Part shown: piece after piece, positions 36,801 through 49,000 of the stretch
Layout of the letters: the number at the start of each line of letters is the position of its first letter
How positions within the stretch are numbered: the first letter of the stretch is position 1
Assembly: GCA_965202585.1 (NCBI GenBank)
Contig: OZ241833.1
Coordinates: forward strand, 19,716,001-19,780,000
Length of the DNA stretch: 64,000 nucleotides
Reading direction: 5' to 3'
Source of the DNA: Thalia democratica
Lineage: Eukaryota
Translations under genes and position numbers: made by a program
Notes under the pieces: model-generated
Databases searched by the model: none
The model's input: the letters and a program-made list of their open reading frames with translations, nothing else
Told to the model about the DNA's origin: nothing

Positions 36801-39800
36801 TGACGGAACATACGTGTAAAATTTATAAGCACACCTAGTTTCCCAACTTATTATTACTCCTAGTGCTGCTGCTCAGTGTGGAAAACTAACTCAACCATTC
36901 AATTCGTAAGAAAAGTAGTATATGCGAGTGTTTTACACAAAGTTTCACGGTGCATGTTAAAGCTATCGCTTTCTGTTTTTATTACATAAAAACTACAGGA
37001 AACGCGTTACAAATATTGAGCACTGAGAAATACTTACCAGTAATACGCTTATTTATAAACTTAAGCTTCGTAAAAGTTTACACACACGGTTACACTTAAA
37101 CTTGCAATTTAGTTTTACTATTTCGACTTTAACTTAATAGATTATTATTTAAGTGTTTTGTATAACTTAAAATTGTATAAAACTACTGCTCTCTAAAAAA
37201 TAAAAAGTATACATGATATGTTAATTGAAGTATAAAGATTACAAGTAAGTGATAAACAAGCTTGTTCACTTGCACAGCTTCAATTTATGTTTGTAAGTTT
37301 GAAAACGTAACAAATTAAGTTCTGTTTAGAAAATAGAATAAAAAACATAAGATAATACACAAAACTAGTTTCTACTCACCTGAAGAGTACTTTCGCTTTT
37401 CTGCTAAATACCATGAATACATAGTTTTCTTTTTCTGCCCACTTATGTCTTGTGGTTGTGCGAGCCATTGTGAAATGTAACTCTGGCTAATGGCTGCAAT
37501 CACACAATCTTTTTTTAATACTTTGTGGTAAACAAAAATATACAGTTTTTCAACACAACTTTTAGTTTTCTTTCTCACAGAAAAAGTCTTACAGCAATCT
37601 AACTGCTTCTAACAAGTTCCGAAAAAACAAAAACATAAATTATTAAAAATATGCATTTTTTTCCAATGCATCTTCAACAAACCGTTTCTGGTCGCTTTTG
37701 CGATGGCCGACTGCGAGATGTGTCGCTCGCTGATGAACTTCCTGATTTCGTCCTTCACCTGCTGCGGGTCCTGCCTGAACAGCTCGTCCAGCTCGTCGTG
37801 GATGTCCGAGCTGTACTGCTGCTGCTCCTCCCCCGACTGCTGCCCCCCGTTGGAGGAGTTGTGCAAAGGTGCCGCGATTCCGTCCGAGCTCCTCCGCAAC
37901 ATGCTCGCCGCTGTTTTAATTGCTGTTGTTGTTTTGGCTGACTTTTGCGTGAGTTACAGTTTAGATTTTTACTTATTTGAAAAACTCTGTTCAATTTTTT
38001 TTTGCTACATAAAAAAGCTCATAAGTTTTTACTCTATCTGATGTTACAGGCTAAGAAAAAATTAGGGAAAAGTAGAGCGTAAAATTGATCTTATATTTTT
38101 AAGTTTCTTTCAGAGTAAAATTTTATTTATGTTCAATCAACTTAAGTTTAAACTACTACTTTGTATGTATTCTAGAAGTGAAATAGTTGGTAATGCGATT
38201 ATGAATGGCGAAAAACTTAAACTAATTTTCTCATGTATCAGTAAAATCAAAGTCTATTCTTCAGCACAATTAATGTCACGAGTCTTAACTAAATCTTTAA
38301 ACTTAATCGGTTGCTAATCAAGCTTGAAAACTCATTAAATAAAAAAAAGCCCTAACCCTTAACACAACAGAAAAGTAATTTTTCAAGCAAAAAAAAAGAA
38401 CAGGTTTGAAAAGCTTACTGCAGCTTTGCTAATAGCTTAATTGAATTAAAAAGGATCGAAACGTTTTCACCACCTTGCTAAACTTAATGATCACCTTAAC
38501 GTAATGAGTTTTAAAGTACATTTGAGTCTTTTACTTTTGAAAGTTTTTTTAACGAACTTTTTAATTGTTCATAAAAGCAATAATCAGCATTAACAGGTTC
38601 GTTTATGATGATATTAGGGAACTTATGCAATTTTCAGCACAGCTGCAAAACATATTTTAAGTGCTTGATGAATCTTTAAAAGTTTGTTACTAAAATTTAA
38701 CACTAAAAAAATAAATAAAAACTGCTTTAAGCTGTTTTTCCTTAAACTTTAAACGATAGGTCTTTTTTTGTTAATAAACCTATTCTTTTTAGAATGCAGC
38801 TTTAGCATTTTTTTGTTAGCCTAGTTTTTACTTTTTTTTGAAAGTAAGTAATGTGATATATCATTAAAACAAAAAACTTGCTTTAAAAAAATTATATTTC
38901 AAAATTTTAATAACAATCTTGTTAGACTTTTAATGTTTTATAGTAACTGATTCTAATAACAGCTATCTTTATTTATTTTATATAGCTATGTTATTATAAG
39001 TTCCGAAAATATAATAAATATGTTACTTAAGATCAACTTATTTAATTCTAAAGTACACATACCTCAAATCTTAAACTTAAGTACTAACATATTCAAGTTA
39101 AGTTACGTTTATAATAAATAAAAGTCTAGTTTGAGTACTTATGTAGCTGCTTAAAATTTAAGCAACAACGATATTACCTTGATTTTGCATGAACGACTTC
39201 GAAAAAGTATTATTGAAGTTGTTTTGGAATAGAGTGTTTGCAAGCTGCTGGTTTCCCCACCCGCCCGCGGCTATTTGCAATAAGTTAGGGTGATTCTGTT
39301 CAAATGACTTTTAATTATACCTCATTGTAGAATAAAGCTTGATTACACTATTTCATTTGAGCTTATAGATAATTACATCATGTACTTTTTTAGTTTTTAC
39401 TCAACACATTTTATGTTTTACATTGATTGTTATGCAGAATAGAAGTTTGTCGAAAACATTTTAGCATTAAGTTAAAGACACTTAGACTAAATTTAAATAT
39501 TTTTTACCCTCAGCGATGCTTGATATACTAGTGAGTTCGGTTGAGTCAAAGCCTGTGGAAAGACAGAAGAACTTGCTGAGCTCTGTAAAAAAATATTTAA
39601 TGTAGAACTTGTTTTTATAGGTTTGTTTATTCATTTTGATACGTATGAATAGCTAAATTCACGTTGAGTAACATTTACTAAACAATTATTGATAGAAGTA
39701 CAAAGTAGTGTGAACTTTATACAACGCTTCACTCACAGTACACAAAATAAAAACATTACAACAATCAAATTCTTCAGCAATTTTAATTAGTTTGTTGATT

Positions 39801-40975
39801 AATAAAAAATTGTTATGAATTTCAAAGAAAAACATAATTAGTTTTAAGAAATATTTTAAACTTTGTCAGTACTAAATCTCATAAGTTGTAGTTTAAAACA
39901 TTTTATTAATATCTAGTCGACATCGAATACTATAAATTGCACTAAAGATACTTTTTATTTTCTTAGCCTATATTTCTAAATTAACTTTGACAAAATAAAT
40001 GTTTTTTGTTACGATCTATTTTTAGTTTATTTCTCGTGAATAGTTTACTTGGTTAGGCGACTGAGCTCTGTTTTGTTCTGAGTTCGCTTTTTCTTCTTTA
40101 ACAGATCTGTTGTTTGAGCTTGGTCCATTAAGGCTATTGTTAAAAAACGATACTGGTCTTGAACCGTTGTCTATCCTAGGATATAACAAGTGCATAACTT
40201 TTGAGTTGGTTAAAAGTTTCTATCTAAATGTAGCAAAGGTAATTTTTTTTTTGTTTATATTTTGAAAGAAATTCTACTGGTTGTAGTTATAAAACCTTAA
40301 AAAGTATTAAAAAAAGGAAGTAATGACAAAATGATTTAATCTAATTTTAATTATCAGACTATTTTAGCAACGTAGCTTATTTAAAACATTTGAACTATTT
40401 TATATATGTGTTTTTTAATATTTTCCTTATTGATACTTTTTTTTTATATTACTCAAAGCAGATTCCTTGAAAAAAAGACTGTTTAAAGCTTAAACTAATT
40501 ATGATATTTCATCAAATTATGCTATTTGAATATATGTATATATACATACAATTTAATATATATAAAATTATAATAAATATATCAGAGCATACTTTGGTAT
40601 TGTTACTGAGATTCAATATTTTTTTAAACAAACTGATTCTAATTGATTGTACTATTACTTATATTCTTATAAAGTTACATTAATAAATATTTATAAATAA
40701 TCCAAAAAGGAAAATATGATATTATTCGTTTTATAAGCACTTTAATTTCCTGGAAGATTATTGTTAAAACTTTCTGTCTTTACTTGCTTTAACTATTATA
40801 GTTTTAGTTACAAAAATAAATTTTAGTTAACAAACTTCGAAGTAACTCCAAGTTTTTGCATTTCCTCGACACCAGCAATAATTTGATGTTTGCTTAGCCC
40901 ACTTTTCACTAGTTTCTGAAGTAGGATTATTTGTTCCACCGTATATTTCGGCGGATGTAAGCAGTTTTCATCCAT
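21564..40975 (-). CDS. HMBOX1: HMBOX1-like HNF-class homeobox gene, 11 coding exons, 551 aa
   Basis: Exons 40975-40836, 40175-40049, 39582-39508, 39295-39178, 37910-37683, 37493-37380, 35230-35098, 33781-33654, 30359-30264, 22451-22291 and 21899-21564 splice in frame (1656 nt). Motifs align with vertebrate HMBOX1 as recalled: PKYTVEQIILLQKLVKSGLSKHQII (cf. PRFTIEQIDLLQRLRRTGMTKHEIL); POU-like VKDEIRKFISERHISQ...ISQSYISQWL; homeodomain RGSRFTWPKEC...YPDETKREEIALACN...VTAGKVYNWFANRRK; C-terminal VNSSIMAI (cf. VNHTILAL). Confidence 0.93.
22291..22451 (-). CDS. HMBOX1: Hmbox exon 10 (Ser-rich), GC donor
   Basis: TCCCCAG| acceptor, phase 1; ends CAG|GCAAGT, phase 0; open frame EQADSNMEQ...HHDIQQ. 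Confidence 0.8.
30264..30359 (-). CDS. HMBOX1: Hmbox exon 9 (homeodomain helix 3)
   Basis: TTCACAG| acceptor, TTG|GTGAGC donor; LSMSETEKVTAGKVYNWFANRRKDDKRKRNI. Missed by the ORF track. Confidence 0.94.
33654..33781 (-). CDS. HMBOX1: Hmbox exon 8 (homeodomain helices 1-2)
   Basis: TTTATGCAG| acceptor, CTG|GTAAGT donor; FTWPKECVSVLEGFYNTNNYPDETKREEIALACNQ. Confidence 0.94.
33940..34500. promoter_or_regulatory. CpG-rich non-coding island in Hmbox intron 7 (candidate cis-regulatory module)
   Basis: Sharp local rise in GC and CpG against the AT-rich intron; no protein-like ORF; duplicated GCGGCAGCAAA(A)n motif. Confidence 0.45.
35098..35230 (-). CDS. HMBOX1: Hmbox exon 7 (linker ending KTKRGSR)
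   Basis: TTTTTTGCGCAG| acceptor, GAG|GTCAGT donor, phases 1 to 2. Confidence 0.88.
35830..36900. promoter_or_regulatory. CpG-rich non-coding island in Hmbox intron 6, including a candidate internal promoter
   Basis: About 1 kb of elevated GC/CpG. Minus-strand TATAAAT at 36827-36821, TCATTC initiators (+1 at 36797 and 36801), GACGCCATGG with ATG at 36688. Confidence 0.5.
37380..37493 (-). CDS. HMBOX1: Hmbox exon 6 (ISQSYISQWL...YSWYLAEKRK)
   Basis: TTGCAG| acceptor, CAG|GTGAGT donor, phases 1 to 1. Confidence 0.92.
37683..37910 (-). CDS. HMBOX1: Hmbox exon 5 (start of POU-like domain)
   Basis: AAAACAG| acceptor, ACG|GTTTGT donor; ELDELFRQDPQQVKDEIRKFISERHISQSAIAKAT. Confidence 0.92.
39178..39295 (-). 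CDS. HMBOX1: Hmbox exon 4 (NHPNLLQIAAGGWG...FMQNQ)
   Basis: GAACAG| acceptor, AAG|GTAATA donor, phases 0 to 1. Confidence 0.78.
39508..39582 (-). CDS. HMBOX1: Hmbox exon 3 (SSASSSVFPQ...ASLR)
   Basis: TTTTACAG| acceptor, AGG|GTAAAA donor, phases 0 to 0. Confidence 0.75.
40049..40175 (-). CDS. HMBOX1: Hmbox exon 2 (low complexity, IDNGSRPVSF...QSPNQ)
   Basis: CCTAG| acceptor, CAA|GTAAAC donor, phases 2 to 0, open frame. Confidence 0.75.
40836..40975 (-). CDS. HMBOX1: Hmbox exon 1 (MDENCLHPPKYTVEQ...GVTS)
   Basis: ATG at 40975, preceded by acceptor CTTCAG| (exon starts 40990, in frame); donor AA|GTTTGT, phase 2. Confidence 0.85.
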
Positions 40976-42839
40976 TATTGTTAAGCTATACTGAAGATAT
41001 AAACTTTAAACAAAGAATTTTAATTGTCTATTAAAAACATTTGTACTTTCAAAATTTAGAAACTTGAGAAATAACTTTTCGTCTTATACATTAAGCTTAA
41101 AAAAATATATTAAAAACAGCTAATAGTATAGAAAGTCTTTTTAACTTTCTAAAAAGAACAAAAAATATAAGATGTGCTTTTATTTGTTTACTGTGTGATT
41201 TCGTAAATAAAACAAATCTTAACTAATCTTCTTGCCATTACATTTAAATAACCGATGGTTATAAAATCAGCGTTGATTGTTATATAAAAAAATATATAAA
41301 GTAACTTTTTGTAAAATGTCGGTATACTCGCTTATTATAATTGCTTCATACAAAGAGTAACGTTTAATGTATAAAGAAAAATTTGACAACTGATACATAT
41401 CAAATTAAGATTCGTTGTTCTCAATAACATTTCTATCCAAAGAATGGAACAATAAATTTATTCAAAATAAATAATAATCACAAATTATTTTTATCAAATG
41501 TTACTAAAATATTTAAATATGTAAATTAATGAATTTTGTTTTGTAGTAACGTGTTTATTTTCAGTTATTAAGTTTTATCGGTTTAAATTTAGAACAAAAC
41601 TTTATGAATTCTATTTACTTTAGTTAGATCAAGAAGAAAACGGAACTTAAGAACTTTGGTAAACTTTCGATTTTACTCTCCATTGAGAAAAGTACTTTAA
41701 AATATTTATAGTCGTAATACTTATAAAAAATAAAACTTCAGACAAGTTTTAATGCAAAAGTACAAAAAATTGTTTATAAAAAATATACTAATCTAAGTTT
41801 TTTACACTAATATAGTTGTTATCAAAAGCATTTTTTTTAATTCTCAGCATAGTTTAAAATATTTTTATAAAAAGCAAGTTTTTTTACGTTAAAAATAGTT
41901 CATAACTAAAAACTTGTTTTTTATAGTCAATAGAACATTTATAAAAGTTACCTGATAGAAGCGATAACTTTTAACGCATATTTTATTTAAACAATAATTT
42001 TATGAAATCAAATGTTTTGTTGTTCGTAAAACTTACTTTGAAAAAGATAACTTGAATTGAAAAAAACGTTGTGTCACTAAACCACTGTTGTTTTTGTTAA
42101 TACAGAGTTTTTAACATTGTGTATTAGAGCATTTTTTTCTACTGACCACATGTTGAATGCTGTCTCAAAAACAATTGAACACAAACAATGATTTTCACCG
42201 TAGCACAAACGTTGCTTAACATTTTAGTATTTGAATATCAAGAAAATTTAACATACATTTTATATAAACTTTAAGTTTTAAGATATTTAGTACAAATAGT
42301 TATGTTCAAAAATTGTTGATAAAAAAATGTACTCAGATTTAGCGACAAACGTAGAATTTCTTATACTTTTAGTTTTAAATTTTTTGTCAGAATACTAAAA
42401 CATTATAATCGGTGTAACGTACATCGCGTTAAGAGAATGCGTAAAAAATAATATCAATATTAAAAATCATATAACGAAAACATTTAAGAACTAAAAGCAA
42501 GTTTTTAAACTAAAAAACATAGTACATATGAAATGTTTTTCAAATACTAACTAAACTATAAATAAGTCAAATCTGTTTGCTTTATGTCTTACCACGTACT
42601 AATTGTTGATAAATGTTTTTGTAGTACACTATACAAAGCTTTGCCAACTTAAAAAAGAAATCTTCCTGGTAATTTTTTTTTATGTTTGAACAGTTAGAAA
42701 ACAAAATTTTAATCGAAAGTTACAACAGACAAAAATAAAAAATGATGTTTAAAAAAATTCCAACTATGCTTTTCCTTTAACTTAATTTTAAAATGTAAAA
42801 AAAAAACATATATACATTATTTTTCATTCCACAGTTTTG

Positions 42840-43000
42840 TTTAGTAGTACTCTAAGTTAACTCGCTTAACTTTGCGAAGACTTCTACGAATGCTGAGTGC
42901 ATACAATGACATCACACCGTTTACGAAAAAAACTTTTTCTCATGCAAATACGAGCGATCAACACAACAACGCCAACTGGTGGTGATTGTAATGTTTTTTT
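42840..43000 (-). promoter_or_regulatory. Possible Hmbox promoter / 5'UTR exon
   Basis: Nearest CpG-richer block upstream of the acceptor at 40991; CRE-like TGACATCA at 42907-42914; candidate donor AAA|GTTAAG at 42870. Confidence 0.3.
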
Positions 43001-46000
43001 GTTTATCTCACAGAAGAAAAAAACATAAAAAAAAATTTCGTACAGAGAGTAGGAATATTTTTTTGTAAAGGCAAACAAACTCCTGATTAAAAAAAAATAA
43101 TTTAAAATTCTTCTAAAGCGTTTTATAATTTGTTAAATTTTGTCACTTTAATTTAAACATGGGTTTAGTTGGTAATTTTTACTATTTTTTTTTAACTCCA
43201 AAAAAATAGTTAGTATAAATTTCTAAAACTAAACGTAATTATAACATAAAACTTTTAAATAACTTTTTTTTTAAATACTTAAAATTTTGATTGTATATTT
43301 ATAATATTTTTGTTTGATATAATTACAATTAAAACATATGAAAACGTTTTTTTTTTATCGTTTAGTCTGTAAACCCCTTAAAATACTTTACGGTAAAGAC
43401 TGTAGTATAGAAATATCACTAAATATAGTTTAATACTGGACAAAAATAAGTACATAGTTTTGTTATAAATTTCAAAGGATCGTATTTCCATAAGAACCAT
43501 ACTTGAAAAAGTGTTTTACTAGAAAACATGTAAAAAAACAAATACATTACTATAATACTACAATCACTAGTAACTATTTTAGATTAATTTTAACTTAAAA
43601 AGGAAACAATGATATAAAAATTTATGCGTATTTAGGTAAAACAATTAAGAAATTTAAATGATAAAATATCAAAAAATTTAAACTTGTATAGTAGACATTA
43701 CTAATCAACTATGAATTTTCTTTAACATTAATAGTTTTACCCTGATGAGTTTTAAGCTAAAAATAAATCGATTAAACTTCTCTGAAATATTAAAGTCACC
43801 TTATAAAAGCTTAATATTACAGATAAATTTATGCAAGTATTTATAAGCATTTTTTTTAGTTATTAAAAACTGTAATATAGTAGATGAGTGATTTTATAAT
43901 GCTTTTTTGTAAATAAACTTACTTAGCACAGGCAAGCTTACTTCATTTTAATAATTAATTTGATTATATATACTTTTTTTTTTAGTATCTTGAATTTATC
44001 AGTTATATTTTTTGGTCACAAACGTTAACCTTGAAAACAGTTTAAAATACATTAAAGTTAAAACATTAGACACAAACTTTAATAAAAATCTTTTAAATGT
44101 TTAAGCTTTGCCATAAATAATTAAACAGCCTGAATTTAAACACAATTTTACTTGTTTTTTTTGATCTAAGCAAACGTTTACAAAACAATTTTTTTTATGT
44201 ATTTTCAGTTCAATACTAGCTATAGTAATAACAAACAAAGTATACTTTGTAAAACAGTTCTAAAACTTAACTTTAAGACTCTCGATGTAGTAACATTTAC
44301 TTACTTAAAAGTTAGATTAAACAAAATTTAATGATTATTATTTTATATTGATGGTGAATAATTAAAAATTATATGCTTATCTTCTAAGTTGCTTGTTTAA
44401 AATAAACTCAATTATTAGGTTTGCGAGTGTTTTTAGTTTAGACAAAAATCTTCAAAAAAAGTTCTAAAAATTAAAAAAATTTAAACTAATGTATTGAAAC
44501 TAGTTAAAGTGTTACACTTTTTAACTATTAGCTTTAAAAGTATTCATAATTTCTAAAATTTAAGCTCGCACTAATGTTTTTTGTCCTAATGGATGACGTT
44601 TGTTCAGTCGAAAATATAGTTTTGTTCTAACTATTTGTCGATTGGTGGCTAATTATACAAGGCTTTGAGCTTGTTGAAAAACTAGTGTTTCCTTACTATA
44701 ACTTCAGGATTAAAAATCTTCAAATTTTTTAATAATTTTGTTTATTTAACTTTTAGTAGACTTTATTAAAAACGTACAACTGTACTGCAACTTTTCAAAA
44801 GTGTCGCTTCACTGCTGAAGTTTTGTAAATTAATTAAGCTACAAAAATCCTATTATTTTTATTTTAGATAAGTTAGACTTTTATTTTATAATGTATTTAA
44901 ATATGTAACCACCAAAGTAAAACTATTCGTTGTAAAAAAGATATTTTTTGATACAAGCTTAATTTATAAAACATCTTTTAATAGCTAAACATTTTTTTAA
45001 TTTAAAGCTTTAAATTTTAATGTTGATAGAAATCAATTAATTCAAAAAAATTTTAAGGTTTTAAACTTATTTAAGTAATTAACTTGAGCTCACTAAACTC
45101 TAACGTTAGTTACACAACGTTTAGAGTTTTTTCATTACAAACTCATTAAATAAGCAATTAAAGTCACAAACTCAATGTTCATTAAAATTTAATCAGAGTT
45201 ATGAAAAAAAAGTTGAAATATGTCTCCAGCGAGATTAATTTTAGGCAATTATAAGATTTAATTCACAACGCTAAATACCAATAATGTCTGCAATTGGAAA
45301 AGAGTACAAATAATAAAATTGATAATAATTGTATTTTCAAAAAGCAATGTCATAGTAATAATCTAAAAACTTCAAATTGGGCTGACAGTAGTTTCTAAAA
45401 AAATTGTGACTAAAAACTATCCGAATTAATTTATCTTGCTGGCAAAACACTAAATCAGAAAGCATGTTCTAATTTTAAGTACTTACTCGACCACTAATTT
45501 CAAAAACAAAAAAAAAGATGTATGTATCAATTTGAATAAAGTGTAAAACATAACAGTTTAAAGTCTTTGAAAATATTTTATTTTATTTTGTTGTTTCGTT
45601 TTAAATTTGGACTACATAAAAGCATTTACTACTTAAACTTTAAGTTTCTGACAAGTCTTTTTTGTATTTGTAAATTTGTATTTGTAAATTATTTTTATCT
45701 TAAGGTGATAAGTTAGCGAAAAAATCTATTAAAAAAATTATTACTTGTTCATTTTTTTTAAGATAGATTGGTACAGATAGGTTTAAAATAATTTATGCTT
45801 TTAACGCTATCCATCAATGATAAAAATCTATTATTGAAAAATAAAATTTGTTTTTTTTTAAACCATTGTTTTAAAAATCTTAATGTTAATTAAAATAATC
45901 TATAAGTGACAATAGTTTGTATGTACTAGAAAATGTTTAATTCTTTTTAATTATAAGCTTAAATAAAAATTATTTATAAACTTATCAGAAAATAAAATAG

Positions 46001-49000
46001 ATGTTATAACTAAACAAACTAAGCCAAGTAATTTATCTTTATGATAAAAAACAAGTAATTTATACAGAAAAACAAAGTATTATAACTATCTTTGTATTAA
46101 CGTAATCTATCTAAAAAGCTGAGCTAAACAAATGACCTAAATTTGTTTAGGCTAGTAAAAGCAAACGTTAGTAAAGAATATATATCTCTTTACTTTTTAA
46201 AATCAATATATAATAAGTAAATGCACATTAGTACAACTAAAACCAACCAATTAAGTAAGAACTGATTAAAGTTTGTTAATGAAAACAAGTATAAAATTAC
46301 TTTTTTTTTTGTACAAAACATTAAGCACATAAACTTTTTGATGTAACAACACCAATCAATAAAATTACTTTCTTCTTGTAAACCCATAGAAGATTTCAAG
46401 CTTTTGTTTGCTAATAAATCATCATCTACTATTTCTTATAAACATTAACTCTTTATTAATTGCTTTTGTATAACAAGTTTTACTATTTGATAGGTTTTTA
46501 ATTGTTTTTATAAAAATAAGGTTTAATAAAGACAATATCGTTTCATACGAATTTTGTTTAACGAGTAAAAAACATTTTTGTTGTTTTAGTAATCAATTGA
46601 TAATTTGTTAGTTTATAAAAAATCTATATATTAGTAAAGTTTTCTTTGGTTTAATTTAGTATAAATAAGACAACAAACTATAAAAATTTATAAAAAACAA
46701 CTAACTTAATTAGTACAATGAAAACTCAAAGCTTCTTGAAATTCTAAAGTAGTTACTTAAAAACTCTAAATTTAGCTAAAATTAAAACTTATACTTACTT
46801 TAAGTTCAGAAGAGTTTGTTTTATTTTGGAAATTAAAAGTTAATAAACAGATTGATTTGTTTATAAACAACTCAAATGTGCAGCTATACGCCTCATAAAA
46901 AATATGGTTACTTTACGAACGAATACTTGCTTTCGAAACTACTGTTATTAAAAATTACTTCAAGAAATTATTACATAGTTTCTTTGTTATAAGTTTAGTT
47001 TATTATTACTCTCTTTATTTTCTAAAATACTTATTAAGACTTTTAATGACTTTTATTAAAATTGTTTTAATTAGCTATCGGTTTTTTAATGTAACAAAGC
47101 TTTTTTTATTTATAAGTTTTTTTTTAGATACGTCAAAGTTATACTTTAAGTAAAAATTTTTGTTGGAATACTATTTAATATACTTCAACAAACAAAGTAT
47201 ATCAATAATTAAAAAAAAGTTTAATACTGATAAGTAATGCCATATCTGATAACTACTTTTCAAGGATGTATATTTTTAGCTTTAGTTAATTTCAAGCTTA
47301 AACTAAGTAATTTTTGTTTTGTTAATTTATAAACAAACTTAATTAAAAAATGTAACAACTATTTACTTTTAAATTTTTGCAAGTATTTGATTGCATATTT
47401 TTGTCATCTAACTCTAGAAAATATTTGTTTTCTTTTACTATATATAATTCAAAAATATGTTCTCACTCAATTGAGTTGAAAGCTATATATTTTTCAAAGT
47501 TTATATAACTGAAATTGTTGTTTAAAATTTTTTCATTCAATTTATTTGACTAATAAAACTTTTATTTGTTTTGCTTAATATAGTTTTATTTGTTCTTCAA
47601 GTTGATACAGTATTTGATGTGCTTTATTTCTTAAATGATAATATTTTAATTAAAAATTTTTCGAAGTAATCACTAATTATCGGTGAATATTTGTTAGGTT
47701 TAGTATTTTGTACGTTTAAAGTAATTTACAAACTTTTTTTTGTTTTAGTTATTAATAAAAAAACAAGATTTTGTAAGATAGTTGAAGTAGTTTTCATAAT
47801 TTCAATATTGCTTTTGTTTTTCTTGTTACTATAAAATAAATGAAAAATTCACACCTTTACAAAATCATTCATAATACATCTTAGTCGTTATTTTAGACAA
47901 CTTAACAATTATCAGTTTAAAGGAAATCTAAAAGAAAGCGAAAAACAATATTTTACTAATCTGAAAGTCTAAGTATCTTACAAAACTTAACACATAATCT
48001 ACTAACACAACAAAGAAAAAAGTTATTAAAACTTTTGTTAACAAAGGAATTTAAAGCTTTATAGATATGCTTGCTATCGTAAGCTAAACTCCACTTTGAT
48101 AACAAAAATAATTTTTAAGTAATAACTCTCTTTTTTTTCTAAGAAACAAAATTAATGTTTATTGTAAATTAACTTTATAAACACTTCATTATTAGTTTTT
48201 ATCAAAAGTTTCTAAGAATTGACGAAAGAAACAATTATTTACTTGTGTATGTCAAGCACTTTACGAGTACAAGTTAACCTTTATTCTGAACCTAAGTAAA
48301 ATATAACAGAAACATAAAAACAAAATTTTAGTAAAAACTATAGTCTTAAATGTCATATTATCATTATGTTGTGTAAAATTATATCTTAATAATACAGTAC
48401 TTATATTTGTTTTATTTACAATATATTACCTAATTTATAATGCATTTTGTACACGGTGAGATAGTTTTCTATAAATACTTTTCTTACGACTCTTAATTTT
48501 ATACACTTAAAAAATAATTACCTTTACTTTTAATTATCTAAGGCACATTACAATACATACATCTGTAAACGTTTTTATTTTATTATTACGTTATTGAACA
48601 TATTTTTAGTTGTGTATGTATGTATATAGTGTTTAATTATAATGATTAGAAAATAATTGCTTTGATTAAAAATAAAGATAATAAAAAGTTTAGAAAATAC
48701 TTTCATTTAACGTTTATTATATACTATTTACTTTTTTTAAAATCGGATATTAATGTTTTGATTTACAGCTACACTTTTAAAATATTGTTCATTTTATCAT
48801 GCTAAGTAGTTTGTTTTTGTTTAACAAAAGTTTCTTATGTATTAACACCAAATAAACTTAGAAAGCTGTGTTTTTTTTTCGGTCTGAAAAAGTAATAAAA
48901 TTGTAAATATTTAAGAGATCTTTATACAAAGTACTACAGCTATAACCAATTGTGATATGATGATTAAAAAAATCTATTAAAACTTAATTAGACAGTTGAA

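Noticed and set aside
21642-38041. ORFs overlapping GC-rich Hmbox exons (21642-21872+, 35053-35238-, 35116-35310+, 37651-37941-, 37703-38041+, 37755-37994-)
   Set aside because: Shadow frames caused by high GC3 (few stops in other frames); the homologous frame is a different one.
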